Shown piece by piece: positions 9,399 through 18,945 of a stretch of 32,328 bases of DNA. Within the stretch, counting starts at the first letter, position 1; each line of letters starts with the position of its first letter. A program made the translations under genes and the position numbers. The notes below the pieces were generated by a model that was not told the origin of the DNA, made no database searches, and saw only the letters and a program-made list of their open reading frames with translations. The stretch lies in the sequence record SRR22947725_131, one strand, 5' to 3'.

Positions 9399-10784
9399 AT
9401 GTCATCTCATTACGAAGCGCCCATTAGAAAACCCTTGGTAACTGGCAACAAGTCATATCATGACGTTTCAGTTGACATTGCAGCAGCTATTGAAGGCAAA
9501 GCAAATAAACAGTGGTGGATAGTATTTTCTATTGCATTAGTTGCCTTTTTGTGGGGTGTTGGATGTATGATTTATACTATTTCGACTGGAATTGGAGTAT
9601 GGGGATTAAATAAAACTGTAGGATGGGCATGGGATATTACAAACTTTGTATGGTGGATTGGTATTGGTCATGCTGGAACATTAATTTCTGCAGTACTTTT
9701 ATTATTTAGACAGAAGTGGAGAATGGCAATTAATAGATCTGCCGAGGCGATGACAATATTCTCTGTAATTCAAGCAGGTTTATTTCCAATAATTCACATG
9801 GGTCGTCCTTGGTTAGCTTATTGGGTATTACCAATTCCTAATGCGTATGGATCTTTATGGGTTAACTTTAATTCTCCTTTATTATGGGATGTTTTTGCAA
9901 TATCTACATATTTATCAGTTTCTTTGGTGTTTTGGTGGACGGGATTATTACCCGATTTTGCTATGATTAGAGACAGGGCTGTTAAACCTTTTCAAAAGAA
10001 AATATATAGTTTAGTTAGCTTTGGATGGACCGGAAGAGCAAAAGATTGGCAAAGATTTGAAGAAGTTTCATTAGTATTAGCTGGTTTAGCAACTCCTTTA
10101 GTTTTATCAGTACACACTATAGTATCCTTTGACTTCGCAACATCTGTCATTCCTGGTTGGCATACAACTATTTTTCCACCTTATTTTGTGGCTGGAGCAA
10201 TTTTCTCTGGATTTGCAATGGTTAATACTTTGCTTATTATAATGAGAAAGGTATCTAATTTAGAAAATTATATAACTGTTCAACATATTGAATTGATGAA
10301 CATAGTTATAATGATTACGGGATCTATCGTTGGTACAGCTTACATAACAGAACTTTTTATTGCTTGGTATTCAGGTGTTGAATATGAGCAATATGCCTTT
10401 TTAAATAGAGCTACTGGTCCATATTGGTGGGCTTACTGGGCTATGATGACGTGTAATGTGTTTTCACCACAATTAATGTGGATAAAAAAATTGAGAACAA
10501 GTATTCTTTTTTCATTTTTCATTTCAATTGTTGTAAATATTGGGATGTGGTTTGAAAGATTTGTTATTATTGTTACTTCCCTTCACAGGGATTATTTGCC
10601 TTCTTCTTGGACAATGTTTTCTCCAACTTTTGTAGATGTGGGAATATTTGTTGGTACAATAGGATTCTTTTTTGTGTTGTTTTTATTATACTCAAGAACA
10701 TTTCCTGTAATTGCACAAGCAGAAGTTAAGACAATATTAAAAAGTTCAGGTGATAACTATAAAAAAATTAGAGATAAAAAATAA
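9399..10784 (+). CDS. actC: ACIII subunit C (NrfD/PsrC-family quinol-binding membrane subunit)
   Basis: WDITNFVWWIGIGHAGTLISA, HMGRPW and GMWFERFVIIV; polytopic membrane protein. Confidence 0.96.
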   Translation: MSSHYEAPIRKPLVTGNKSYHDVSVDIAAAIEGKANKQWWIVFSIALVAFLWGVGCMIYTISTGIGVWGLNKTVGWAWDITNFVWWIGIGHAGTLISAVLLLFRQKWRMAINRSAEAMTIFSVIQAGLFPIIHMGRPWLAYWVLPIPNAYGSLWVNFNSPLLWDVFAISTYLSVSLVFWWTGLLPDFAMIRDRAVKPFQKKIYSLVSFGWTGRAKDWQRFEEVSLVLAGLATPLVLSVHTIVSFDFATSVIPGWHTTIFPPYFVAGAIFSGFAMVNTLLIIMRKVSNLENYITVQHIELMNIVIMITGSIVGTAYITELFIAWYSGVEYEQYAFLNRATGPYWWAYWAMMTCNVFSPQLMWIKKLRTSILFSFFISIVVNIGMWFERFVIIVTSLHRDYLPSSWTMFSPTFVDVGIFVGTIGFFFVLFLLYSRTFPVIAQAEVKTILKSSGDNYKKIRDKK

Positions 10785-11317
10785 TGGCTGATAAAATATT
10801 ACATGCCGTATACGATGACGATGATAAGTTGATGGATGCTGTCAAAGATTTAAAAGCATCAAACTTTTTAATAGACGAAGTTTATACTCCGTTTCCTGTT
10901 CACGGACTTGATAAAGCTCTAGGCCTGAAGCCAACAAGATTAGCTATTTTATCATTTATCTATGGATGTATTGGATTTTGTTTTGCAATTTTCATGATGA
11001 ATTATATAATGATAGTAGATTGGCCTCAAAATATTGGAGGAAAACCAAGTTTTTCATTTATTGAAAACATGCCTTCTTTTGTGCCAATAATGTTCGAACT
11101 TACTGTATTTTTTGCTGCACATCTAATGGTTATTACCTTCTATTTAAGAAGTAAACTATGGCCTTTTAAAGAGGCTGAAAATCCAATGCCATCTACCACT
11201 GATGATAAATTTTTAATAGAAATCAAATTTCATGGTGATGGAAAGTCTTTAAAAGCTGCTGTTAAGAAAACTGATGTGCTTGAAGTTAAAATAATTGATA
11301 ATAAAGAATCTAACTAA
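10784..11317 (+). CDS. actD: ACIII subunit D (DUF3341)
   Basis: EVYTPFPVHGLD, IGGKP and PIMFELTVFFAA; two TM helices; expected position in the operon. Confidence 0.94.
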   Translation: MADKILHAVYDDDDKLMDAVKDLKASNFLIDEVYTPFPVHGLDKALGLKPTRLAILSFIYGCIGFCFAIFMMNYIMIVDWPQNIGGKPSFSFIENMPSFVPIMFELTVFFAAHLMVITFYLRSKLWPFKEAENPMPSTTDDKFLIEIKFHGDGKSLKAAVKKTDVLEVKIIDNKESN

Positions 11318-11868
11318 TGAAAAAATATACTTTTTTTAGCGTGATGATATTGTTTAGTGTTTTGACTGTTTCATGTTTTGATAAATCTAAACCTAATTAT
11401 CAGTTTTTTCCTAACATGTACGAATCTGTAGGTTACAGTACTTATCAGGAGTCAGATGCTTTTTCAAATGGAATTGAAGCTCAAATCCCTGTTGAAGGAT
11501 CTATCCCAAGAGGTTGGGTTCCATATGAATATTCAGATACTAATGAAGGTTATGAATCAGCAAAAGTTAATCTATTATCTCCTTTAGAATTAAATGACGA
11601 GAATATTTCAGAAGGAAAAGAGCTATATAATATTTACTGCGCTGTATGTCATGGATCTAAGGGAGATGGTCAAGGAATATTAATGACAAGAGAAAAATTC
11701 TTAGGTATTCCAAGTTACGCCGACAGGGATATTAGTGAAGGAAGTATTTACCATGTTTTAATGTATGGTAAGAATTTGATGGGCTCTCATGCTAGTCAAG
11801 TTAATGCTAAGGAAAGATGGCAAATTTCGCAGTATGTAATAAGTTTAAGAGAAAAATTAATAAAATAA
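11317..11868 (+). CDS. actE: ACIII subunit E, monoheme cytochrome c lipoprotein
   Basis: Lipobox TVSC, PNMYES, a single CAVCH and a distal Met (LMGSH). Confidence 0.94.
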   Translation: MKKYTFFSVMILFSVLTVSCFDKSKPNYQFFPNMYESVGYSTYQESDAFSNGIEAQIPVEGSIPRGWVPYEYSDTNEGYESAKVNLLSPLELNDENISEGKELYNIYCAVCHGSKGDGQGILMTREKFLGIPSYADRDISEGSIYHVLMYGKNLMGSHASQVNAKERWQISQYVISLREKLIK

Positions 11869-11872
11869 ATTA

Positions 11873-13222
11873 ATGTACAAGGTTTCTAAAAATATAAAAA
11901 TCTTCTCGCTAGCTTTAATGGCAATTGGTGTCCTTGGTTTAGGTTTTAGTTTTTATTCTGCTCCTAAAACTGTTGAGCAAGCAAAAGCAATGGTTGCTGA
12001 TTCACATTCTGATGGTCATCATGAAGTTGAAACGCATAATACAGAAGAGGCTACTCATTCAAATGTTGATTCAAAAGTTTCTTCTGACGTTCATTTAGAG
12101 GAAGACGCTCATTCATCTTCCCATGACGAGCACCTTCTACACTATCTACAAAATCGTCCCTGGTCAGCTTTATATGTAGCAGCATTATTTTTTATGTTTT
12201 TATCATTAGGAACTTTAGCCTTTTATGCTATTCAAAGAGCTTCTCAAGCAGGTTGGTCTCCTCTTTTATTTAGAGTAATGGAAGGAATAACTGCGTATTT
12301 ACTTCCTGGAACATTAATTATTTTAGTGATATTAATTTTATCTTCATTACACTTCAATCATCTTTTTGTTTGGATGGATCCTGAAGTTGTTGCTCATGAT
12401 AAGATAATACAAGGTAAAGTAGGATATTTAAATTCTCCTTTTTTAATAGCTAGAGCAGTTTTTTATATTTTAGGATGGAATTTATATAGATATCTTTCAA
12501 GAAAATATTCGTTGGCTCAAGATAAATCTGAAAACATTTCTAATCATAAAAAGAATTTTAAAATATCCGCTGGATTTTTAGCATTTTTTATTGTGACTGA
12601 ATCCATGATGTCATGGGATTGGATAATGTCAGTTGATCCTCATTGGTTTAGCACTTTATTTGGTTGGTATGTATTTGCAAGTATGTTTGTTTCTGGAATT
12701 ACTACAATTGCATTAATTACAATTTATTTAAAATCTAAAGGCTACTTAGAAAAGGTAAATCACAATCACATACACGATTTAGGGAAATTTATGTTTGGAG
12801 TAAGTGTGTTTTGGACTTATTTATGGTTTTCTCAGTTCATGCTTATATGGTATGCAAATATCCCTGAAGAAGTAACTTATTTTATAACTAGAATTGAAGA
12901 TTATAACCTCCCCTTCTTTGGAATGATTGCTTTGAATTTTATTTTCCCGTTACTCTTATTAATGAATAGTGATTACAAAAGAGTTAATTGGTTTATTGTA
13001 ATGACTGGTATAATAATTTTAGTGGGTCATTACGTTGATGTGTTTAACATGATTATGCCAGCTACAGTTGGTGATCAGTGGTATTTTGGGGTTCCTGAAC
13101 TTTCAGGTGTTTGTTTCTTTGGAGGATTATTTATCTATGTTGTGTTTAACAGTTTGTCTAAAGCTCCATTAGAACCATCAGGTGATCCTTTAATTAAAGA
13201 AAGTGAAAAATTTGTTTACTAA
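11873..13222 (+). CDS. actF: ACIII subunit F (ActC-paralogous membrane subunit)
   Basis: WDWIMSVDPHWFSTLFGWY, HDLGKFMF and YLWFSQFMLIWYANIPEE. Confidence 0.94.
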   Translation: MYKVSKNIKIFSLALMAIGVLGLGFSFYSAPKTVEQAKAMVADSHSDGHHEVETHNTEEATHSNVDSKVSSDVHLEEDAHSSSHDEHLLHYLQNRPWSALYVAALFFMFLSLGTLAFYAIQRASQAGWSPLLFRVMEGITAYLLPGTLIILVILILSSLHFNHLFVWMDPEVVAHDKIIQGKVGYLNSPFLIARAVFYILGWNLYRYLSRKYSLAQDKSENISNHKKNFKISAGFLAFFIVTESMMSWDWIMSVDPHWFSTLFGWYVFASMFVSGITTIALITIYLKSKGYLEKVNHNHIHDLGKFMFGVSVFWTYLWFSQFMLIWYANIPEEVTYFITRIEDYNLPFFGMIALNFIFPLLLLMNSDYKRVNWFIVMTGIIILVGHYVDVFNMIMPATVGDQWYFGVPELSGVCFFGGLFIYVVFNSLSKAPLEPSGDPLIKESEKFVY

Positions 13223-13234
13223 AGATTATATTAA

Positions 13235-14308
13235 ATGACAGTACTACTCATATTAACAATTTTAATCTTAACAGGAATAGCTCTATGGCAAATAACTAAG
13301 ATATTTGAATTGTCTCAACTAGGACAAAAGAAAGATGATTCTCAGATTGCAACTGAAAAAGATAATGACTTAAATGGTAAATTAATGTTTGCTTTTTTGG
13401 TCTTCATTTATGCTGTAACTATTTATTCTTTTTGGACCTACTCCAAGGTGCTCCTTCCAGAATCTGCTTCTGCACATGGCCCAGCTTACGATACACTTCT
13501 TTGGATTTCTTTTGCAGTGATTTTATTTGCTCAGACAATAACTCAAGCTGTTTTACATATTTTTGCTTATCAGTACCGAGGAATTAACAATAGAAAAGCA
13601 TATTTTTTTACCCATGATAATAAATTAGAATTTATTTGGACAATTATTCCAGCAATAATATTTTTTATGTTGATTATTTACGGAATGATAACATGGGGTC
13701 AGATAATGAACTTCGAAGAAGACGATGATGCTTTGGTTGTTGAGTTATATGCTCAACAGTGGAATTGGAAAGCGAGGTACGGAGGTGAAGATAATGTATT
13801 AGGAGACGCTAATGTTAGATTTCTTAATGATTTTGATGGTAAAAATTCCGTAGGTATAGATTCTTCTGATCCAAACGGTATGGATGATTTTGTAGTTACT
13901 CAAGAATTCCATCTTCCTGTTAACAGAAAAGTAATTTTTAAACTTAGATCTCAGGATGTTTTGCATTCGGCATACATGCCTCATTTTCGAGCACAAATGA
14001 ATTGTGTTCCTGGTATGATTACCGAGTTTTCTTTCACTCCAACTATAACTACGGATGAAATGAGAATGAATTCTGATGTTGTAGACAAGGTAAATAGAAT
14101 AAATAAAATTAGATACGAAAATAGCAAACTGCTTACCGCAAAAGGTGAGGAAGCATTAGAGCCATATCAGTTTGACTACTTATTGTTATGTGCTAAAATT
14201 TGTGGGGCATCTCACTATAATATGCAAATGAAAATCGTAGTTGAATCTGAAAAAGATTATGAAAAATGGGTTGCTAAGCAACAAATATTTTCGGAAGTAA
14301 TTCAATAA
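13235..14308 (+). CDS. coxB: Cytochrome c oxidase subunit II (CuA)
   Basis: LEFIWTIIP, AQQWNW, SQDVLHS and the CuA motif CAKICGASHYNM. Confidence 0.96.
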   Translation: MTVLLILTILILTGIALWQITKIFELSQLGQKKDDSQIATEKDNDLNGKLMFAFLVFIYAVTIYSFWTYSKVLLPESASAHGPAYDTLLWISFAVILFAQTITQAVLHIFAYQYRGINNRKAYFFTHDNKLEFIWTIIPAIIFFMLIIYGMITWGQIMNFEEDDDALVVELYAQQWNWKARYGGEDNVLGDANVRFLNDFDGKNSVGIDSSDPNGMDDFVVTQEFHLPVNRKVIFKLRSQDVLHSAYMPHFRAQMNCVPGMITEFSFTPTITTDEMRMNSDVVDKVNRINKIRYENSKLLTAKGEEALEPYQFDYLLLCAKICGASHYNMQMKIVVESEKDYEKWVAKQQIFSEVIQ

Positions 14309-14314
14309 TATAAT

Positions 14315-16111
14315 ATGTCAGAAGTTTCAGGTATTTCGCATTCAAATCATGATGATCATCATCATCATAAAGAAACATTTATAACTAAATATATATTTAG
14401 TCAAGATCACAAAATGATCGCTAAACAATATTTAATTTTAGGAGTTTTGTTTATGGGCTTTATCGGCGTAGCAATGTCTTTACTTTTTAGACTTCAATTA
14501 GCTTGGCCAGAACAATCTTTCGCGGTTTTCGATATTTTCTTAGGTGACTGGGCCCCCGAAGGCGTTATGGACCCTAATATATACTTGGCTTTAGTAACTA
14601 TTCATGGTACAATAATGGTATTTTTTGTACTAACAGCTGGATTAAGTGGAACTTTTAGTAATTTATTAATTCCATTGCAGATAGGCGCTAGAGATATGGC
14701 TTCAGGTCTATTGAATATGATTTCTTTTTGGTTGTTTTTTCTTTCAAGTATGATAATGCTTGCCTCTTTATTTGTCGAGGCAGGTCCTGCTGCTGCAGGA
14801 TGGACGATTTATCCGCCACTTAGCGCATTACCTCAAACTCAACCTGGATCTGGTATGGGAATGACGCTTTGGTTAATTTCAATGGCTATTTTTGTTGCAT
14901 CCTCATTATTAGGTTCACTTAATTATATAGTCACAGTTATCAATTTAAGAACAAAAGGAATGTCCATGTTTAGACTTCCTTTAACAATATGGGCATTTTT
15001 TGTAACTGCAATTATTGGAGTTATTTCATTTCCTGTTTTACTTTCGGCTGCTTTATTGTTGATAATGGATAGAAGTTTTGGGACCTCATTCTTTCTTTCA
15101 GATATTTTTGTACAGGGAGAAGTTTTGCACTATCAAGGTGGTTCACCTGTCTTATTTGAGCATCTTTTTTGGTTTTTAGGTCACCCGGAAGTATACATTG
15201 TATTACTTCCCGCTTTAGGTATTACATCTGAAATTATTGCCACAAATTCAAGAAAACCAATTTTCGGATACAGAGCTATGGTAGCTTCAATATTAGCTAT
15301 TGCTTTCTTATCTACAGTTGTATGGGGACACCACATGTTTATTTCAGGAATGAATCCATTTTTAGGTTCAGTATTTACTTTTACTACTTTACTTATTGCA
15401 ATTCCATCAGCTGTAAAAGCATTTAATTATATTACAACACTCTGGAAAGGTAATTTGCAATTTAATCCAGGTATGCTATTCTCAATCGGTTTAGTTTCTA
15501 CTTTTATTACTGGAGGTCTTACAGGTATTATTCTTGGAGACAGTACACTTGATATTAACATACACGACACTTATTTTGTTGTTGCACATTTTCATTTAGT
15601 TATGGGTATTTCAGCACTGTATGGTTTGTTTGCTGGTGTATATCATTGGTTCCCTAAATTGTTTGGTCGAATGATGAATAAGAATTTAGGATACATCCAT
15701 TTTTGGATAACAGCTATAGCTGCATACGGAGTTTTTTTCCCAATGCATTTTATTGGAATGGCAGGTTTACCAAGAAGATATTACACTAATACTGCTTTCC
15801 CTTATTTTGATGATTTGGCTAATATCAATGTAGTTATTACAGTTTTTGCATTATTAGCTGGCGCAGCTCAGTTAGTCTTTTTATATAATTTTATTTCAAG
15901 TATGTTTTTTGGTAAAAAAGCAGAGATGAATCCTTGGAGATCTAACACTATGGAATGGACTGCACCTGTTGAGCATATTCACGGAAATTGGCCTGGAGAA
16001 ATACCACATGTACACAGATGGGCATACGATTATAGTAAGCCTGGTCAGAAAGAAGATTTTGTACTTCAAACCACTTCTCTTAGTAAAGGAGAAAAAGAAA
16101 CTGAACACTAG
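14315..16111 (+). CDS. coxA: Cytochrome c oxidase subunit I, A1 (aa3) type
   Basis: HGTIMVFF, GWTIYPPLS, WFLGHPEVY, VWGHHMF, HDTYFVVAHFH and GLPRRY. Confidence 0.98.
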   Translation: MSEVSGISHSNHDDHHHHKETFITKYIFSQDHKMIAKQYLILGVLFMGFIGVAMSLLFRLQLAWPEQSFAVFDIFLGDWAPEGVMDPNIYLALVTIHGTIMVFFVLTAGLSGTFSNLLIPLQIGARDMASGLLNMISFWLFFLSSMIMLASLFVEAGPAAAGWTIYPPLSALPQTQPGSGMGMTLWLISMAIFVASSLLGSLNYIVTVINLRTKGMSMFRLPLTIWAFFVTAIIGVISFPVLLSAALLLIMDRSFGTSFFLSDIFVQGEVLHYQGGSPVLFEHLFWFLGHPEVYIVLLPALGITSEIIATNSRKPIFGYRAMVASILAIAFLSTVVWGHHMFISGMNPFLGSVFTFTTLLIAIPSAVKAFNYITTLWKGNLQFNPGMLFSIGLVSTFITGGLTGIILGDSTLDINIHDTYFVVAHFHLVMGISALYGLFAGVYHWFPKLFGRMMNKNLGYIHFWITAIAAYGVFFPMHFIGMAGLPRRYYTNTAFPYFDDLANINVVITVFALLAGAAQLVFLYNFISSMFFGKKAEMNPWRSNTMEWTAPVEHIHGNWPGEIPHVHRWAYDYSKPGQKEDFVLQTTSLSKGEKETEH

Positions 16112-16143
16112 TTTGTTGTTATAAATATCGTTTTTCTTTTCAT

Positions 16144-16151
16144 TACCTTTG
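16144..16151 (+). promoter_or_regulatory. -7 promoter element of ruvB (likely leaderless)
   Basis: TACCTTTG ends 5 nt before the ruvB ATG at 16157. Confidence 0.65.
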
Positions 16152-16156
16152 GATAA

Positions 16157-17179
16157 ATGAATGAAAATTTAGACCCGACAGATTCTGGATTTAATAATGA
16201 AGAATTAGAAATTGATAAAGCTCTAAGACCGCTTTCATTTGACGATTTTGCAGGACAAGACCAAATACTTAATAATCTTAAAGTTTTCGTAGAGGCGTGT
16301 AATCAACGATTAGATGCTTTAGACCATACTTTATTTCATGGTCCCCCTGGATTAGGAAAAACAACACTTGCTCATATTGTTGCAAATGAATTAGGAGTCA
16401 ATCTAAAAGTTACATCAGGCCCTGTTTTAGACAAGCCTGGAGATCTTGCAGGCTTATTAACTAATTTGGAGCCCAGAGATGTACTGTTTATTGATGAAAT
16501 ACATAGATTAAGTCCAGTTGTTGAGGAGTATTTATATTCCGCAATGGAGGATTATAAAATAGATATAATGATTGAAACTGGTCCAAATGCTAGAACAGTT
16601 CAAATAAATTTAAATCCATTTACATTAATCGGAGCAACGACGAGATCGGGATTGCTTACAGCTCCAATGAGAGCTAGATTTGGAATCAATAGTAGGTTAG
16701 AGTATTATAAAACCGAATTACTTTCAACTATAGTACAAAGAAGTTCAGAAATATTAGATATTGAGATAAATAGTAGAGCAGCAATAGAGATAGCGGGAAG
16801 AAGTAGAGGAACACCAAGAATTTCAAATTCATTATTAAGAAGAGTAAGAGATTTTGCTCAAATTAAAGGAAATGGAACTATTGATATTGAAATAACTAGA
16901 TATGCTTTAAAATCATTAAATGTTGACAAGAACGGATTAGATGAAATGGATAATAAAATTTTATCTACACTCATTGAAAAATTTAAGGGTGGCCCTGTAG
17001 GTATCAATACCTTGTCTACTGCAGTCTCGGAAAGTGCAGAAACAATTGAAGAGGTTTATGAACCATTTTTGATTCAACAAGGTTTTATAGTCAGAACCCC
17101 AAGAGGAAGAGAAGTTACTAAGTTAGCTTACGATCATTTGGGTTTGAAAAAATCACAATCTCAAAACGAGTTGTTTTAA
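16157..17179 (+). CDS. ruvB: Holliday junction branch migration helicase RuvB
   Basis: [43 protein letters not shown] and RTPRGR. Confidence 0.99.
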   Translation: MNENLDPTDSGFNNEELEIDKALRPLSFDDFAGQDQILNNLKVFVEACNQRLDALDHTLFHGPPGLGKTTLAHIVANELGVNLKVTSGPVLDKPGDLAGLLTNLEPRDVLFIDEIHRLSPVVEEYLYSAMEDYKIDIMIETGPNARTVQINLNPFTLIGATTRSGLLTAPMRARFGINSRLEYYKTELLSTIVQRSSEILDIEINSRAAIEIAGRSRGTPRISNSLLRRVRDFAQIKGNGTIDIEITRYALKSLNVDKNGLDEMDNKILSTLIEKFKGGPVGINTLSTAVSESAETIEEVYEPFLIQQGFIVRTPRGREVTKLAYDHLGLKKSQSQNELF

Positions 17180-17201
17180 TAAACTAATTAAAAATAATTA
17201 A

Positions 17202-18437
17202 ATGGAGTTAAATAATTTGTTTTTTGATCTTTTAATAGATTTAAAAATACCAGAGTTTTATGCCGAAATATTGAATATATTTCTAGTTTCTATATTAATT
17301 CTTTTTTCAGTAATAGTAATTAATTTTATATCAAAAAAGATAATAATTAATTTTCTTGAAAAACTTTCAAAGAGATCTAAGACTGATTTTGATAATTTTT
17401 TAATTGCTAATAATATTCAAATTTATCTAGCGAGATTAGTTCCTGTATTTTATATATATTGGATTATTCCATTTTGGCTTGAAAATTTTCAAACTGTACT
17501 TGTTTATGCTCTTTTAGTTTTAAAAATTTATTTTATTTTTCTATTAGTTTCGATAATTAGAAACTTTTTGAACGCCACTAAAGATTTTTTCAGAACTTTT
17601 GATTCTTTAAAAGGAAAGCCAATTGAAAGTTTTGTTCAAGTAGCGATGTTATTTGTCTGGTTTACTGCTGTAGTATTAATCTTTTCAATTATTACAGGAA
17701 CACAAGTGAGTACTTTTCTTACTGCTATGGGAGCGTTGTCAGCAGTTATTATGTTAATTTTTAAGGATACCATACTAGGTTTTGTTGCAAGTATTCAATT
17801 AAGTTCTAATGATTTGATTAGAATAGGAGATTGGGTTACAATGAAAAAATTTGGTGCAGATGGAGATGTTATTGAGATTAATTTAAATTCTGTTAAAATT
17901 CAAAATTTTGATAAAACAATAACTACAATCCCTACTTACAAATTAATTTCAGATTCATTTACAAATTGGAGAGGAATGAGTGATTCTGATGGAAGAAGAA
18001 TTAAAAGAGCTCTACTAATAAAAGGTTCTTCTATTAGATTTATTAAAAAAGAAGAAGTTTCTAAATTAAAAAACATCAAACTATTATCTAAATACATTGC
18101 TGAAACTGAAATGGAGATTGAAAATCATAATTTTAAATTAGAGGTTCCGTTAGATGATGCTATAAATGGAAGAAATCTTACAAATATTGGTTTATTTAGA
18201 AAATATATTGAAGAATATCTAATTGCCAATAAATTGATTAATACCGAAATGACTGTAATGTGTCGTCAATTATCTCCTACGTCCCAAGGTGTGCCACTTG
18301 AAATTTATGCTTTTATTTCTGACAAAGAATGGAAAAGTTATGAAAATATAGTTTCGGATATATTTGATCATCTACTGGCTTCACTTAAAACTTTTGACCT
18401 TGAATTATTTGAACTTCCCTCTAATTTGAAAGTTTAG
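17202..18437 (+). CDS. MscS-family mechanosensitive channel (YbdG/MscM-like)
   Basis: FKDTILGFVASIQL, IGDWVTM..FGADGDV, QNFDKTITTIPTY, NWRGM..SDGRRIKR and TNIGLFRKY. Confidence 0.92.
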   Translation: MELNNLFFDLLIDLKIPEFYAEILNIFLVSILILFSVIVINFISKKIIINFLEKLSKRSKTDFDNFLIANNIQIYLARLVPVFYIYWIIPFWLENFQTVLVYALLVLKIYFIFLLVSIIRNFLNATKDFFRTFDSLKGKPIESFVQVAMLFVWFTAVVLIFSIITGTQVSTFLTAMGALSAVIMLIFKDTILGFVASIQLSSNDLIRIGDWVTMKKFGADGDVIEINLNSVKIQNFDKTITTIPTYKLISDSFTNWRGMSDSDGRRIKRALLIKGSSIRFIKKEEVSKLKNIKLLSKYIAETEMEIENHNFKLEVPLDDAINGRNLTNIGLFRKYIEEYLIANKLINTEMTVMCRQLSPTSQGVPLEIYAFISDKEWKSYENIVSDIFDHLLASLKTFDLELFELPSNLKV

Positions 18438-18438
18438 T

Positions 18439-18945
18439 ATGAAAAATTTCATAATCTTATTTTGTCTTTTAGCCTTTTTATCAATTGAAGCTCAAACTGA
18501 TAGTAATACAGACTGTACAAAAGTGTACCTTATTAGACATGCAGAAAAAGATAGGACAGATAAGACCAATTCTAATCCTCATCTAAATTCATTTGGAATA
18601 AAAAGATCGTTAAAATGGAAAGCTTTTTTTAAAAATATAGATTTTGATGTTATTTATTCTACCAATTATCACAGAACATTAGAAACTGTAAAACCTTTTT
18701 CTGAAAACGGAACAGAAATAGTAATATATAATCCTTCCAAGATTGATTATAATGAGTTTATATTAAATAACAAAGGCAAAACGATATTAGTTGTTGGTCA
18801 TAGTAATACCATTCCGAGTTTTACAAACGGTATTTCTAAAAAAAAGTTATATAATAATATCGAGGACAATAATAATTCTAATTTATATGTTGTAAATATT
18901 TGTGATGGAATAAATCCTCAAAATTCTCTTTATTTTGTTGAATAA
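18439..18945 (+). CDS. Secreted histidine phosphatase (phosphoglycerate-mutase/SixA-like superfamily)
   Basis: Signal peptide; LIRHAEK, YST...RT.ET and LVVGHSNT. Confidence 0.85.
   Translation: MKNFIILFCLLAFLSIEAQTDSNTDCTKVYLIRHAEKDRTDKTNSNPHLNSFGIKRSLKWKAFFKNIDFDVIYSTNYHRTLETVKPFSENGTEIVIYNPSKIDYNEFILNNKGKTILVVGHSNTIPSFTNGISKKKLYNNIEDNNNSNLYVVNICDGINPQNSLYFVE

Noticed and set aside
6319..10784. Anaerobic molybdoenzyme (polysulfide/tetrathionate reductase) interpretation of actB-actC
   Set aside because: The context with actA, D, E, F and the aa3 oxidase identifies ACIII, whose B subunit is known not to carry Mo.
2336..16108. Short ORFs 2336-2518, 3584-3799, 5386-5580, 6992-7216, 13799-13996 and 15896-16108
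   Set aside because: All lie antisense or out of frame within well-supported conserved genes and have no domain features.
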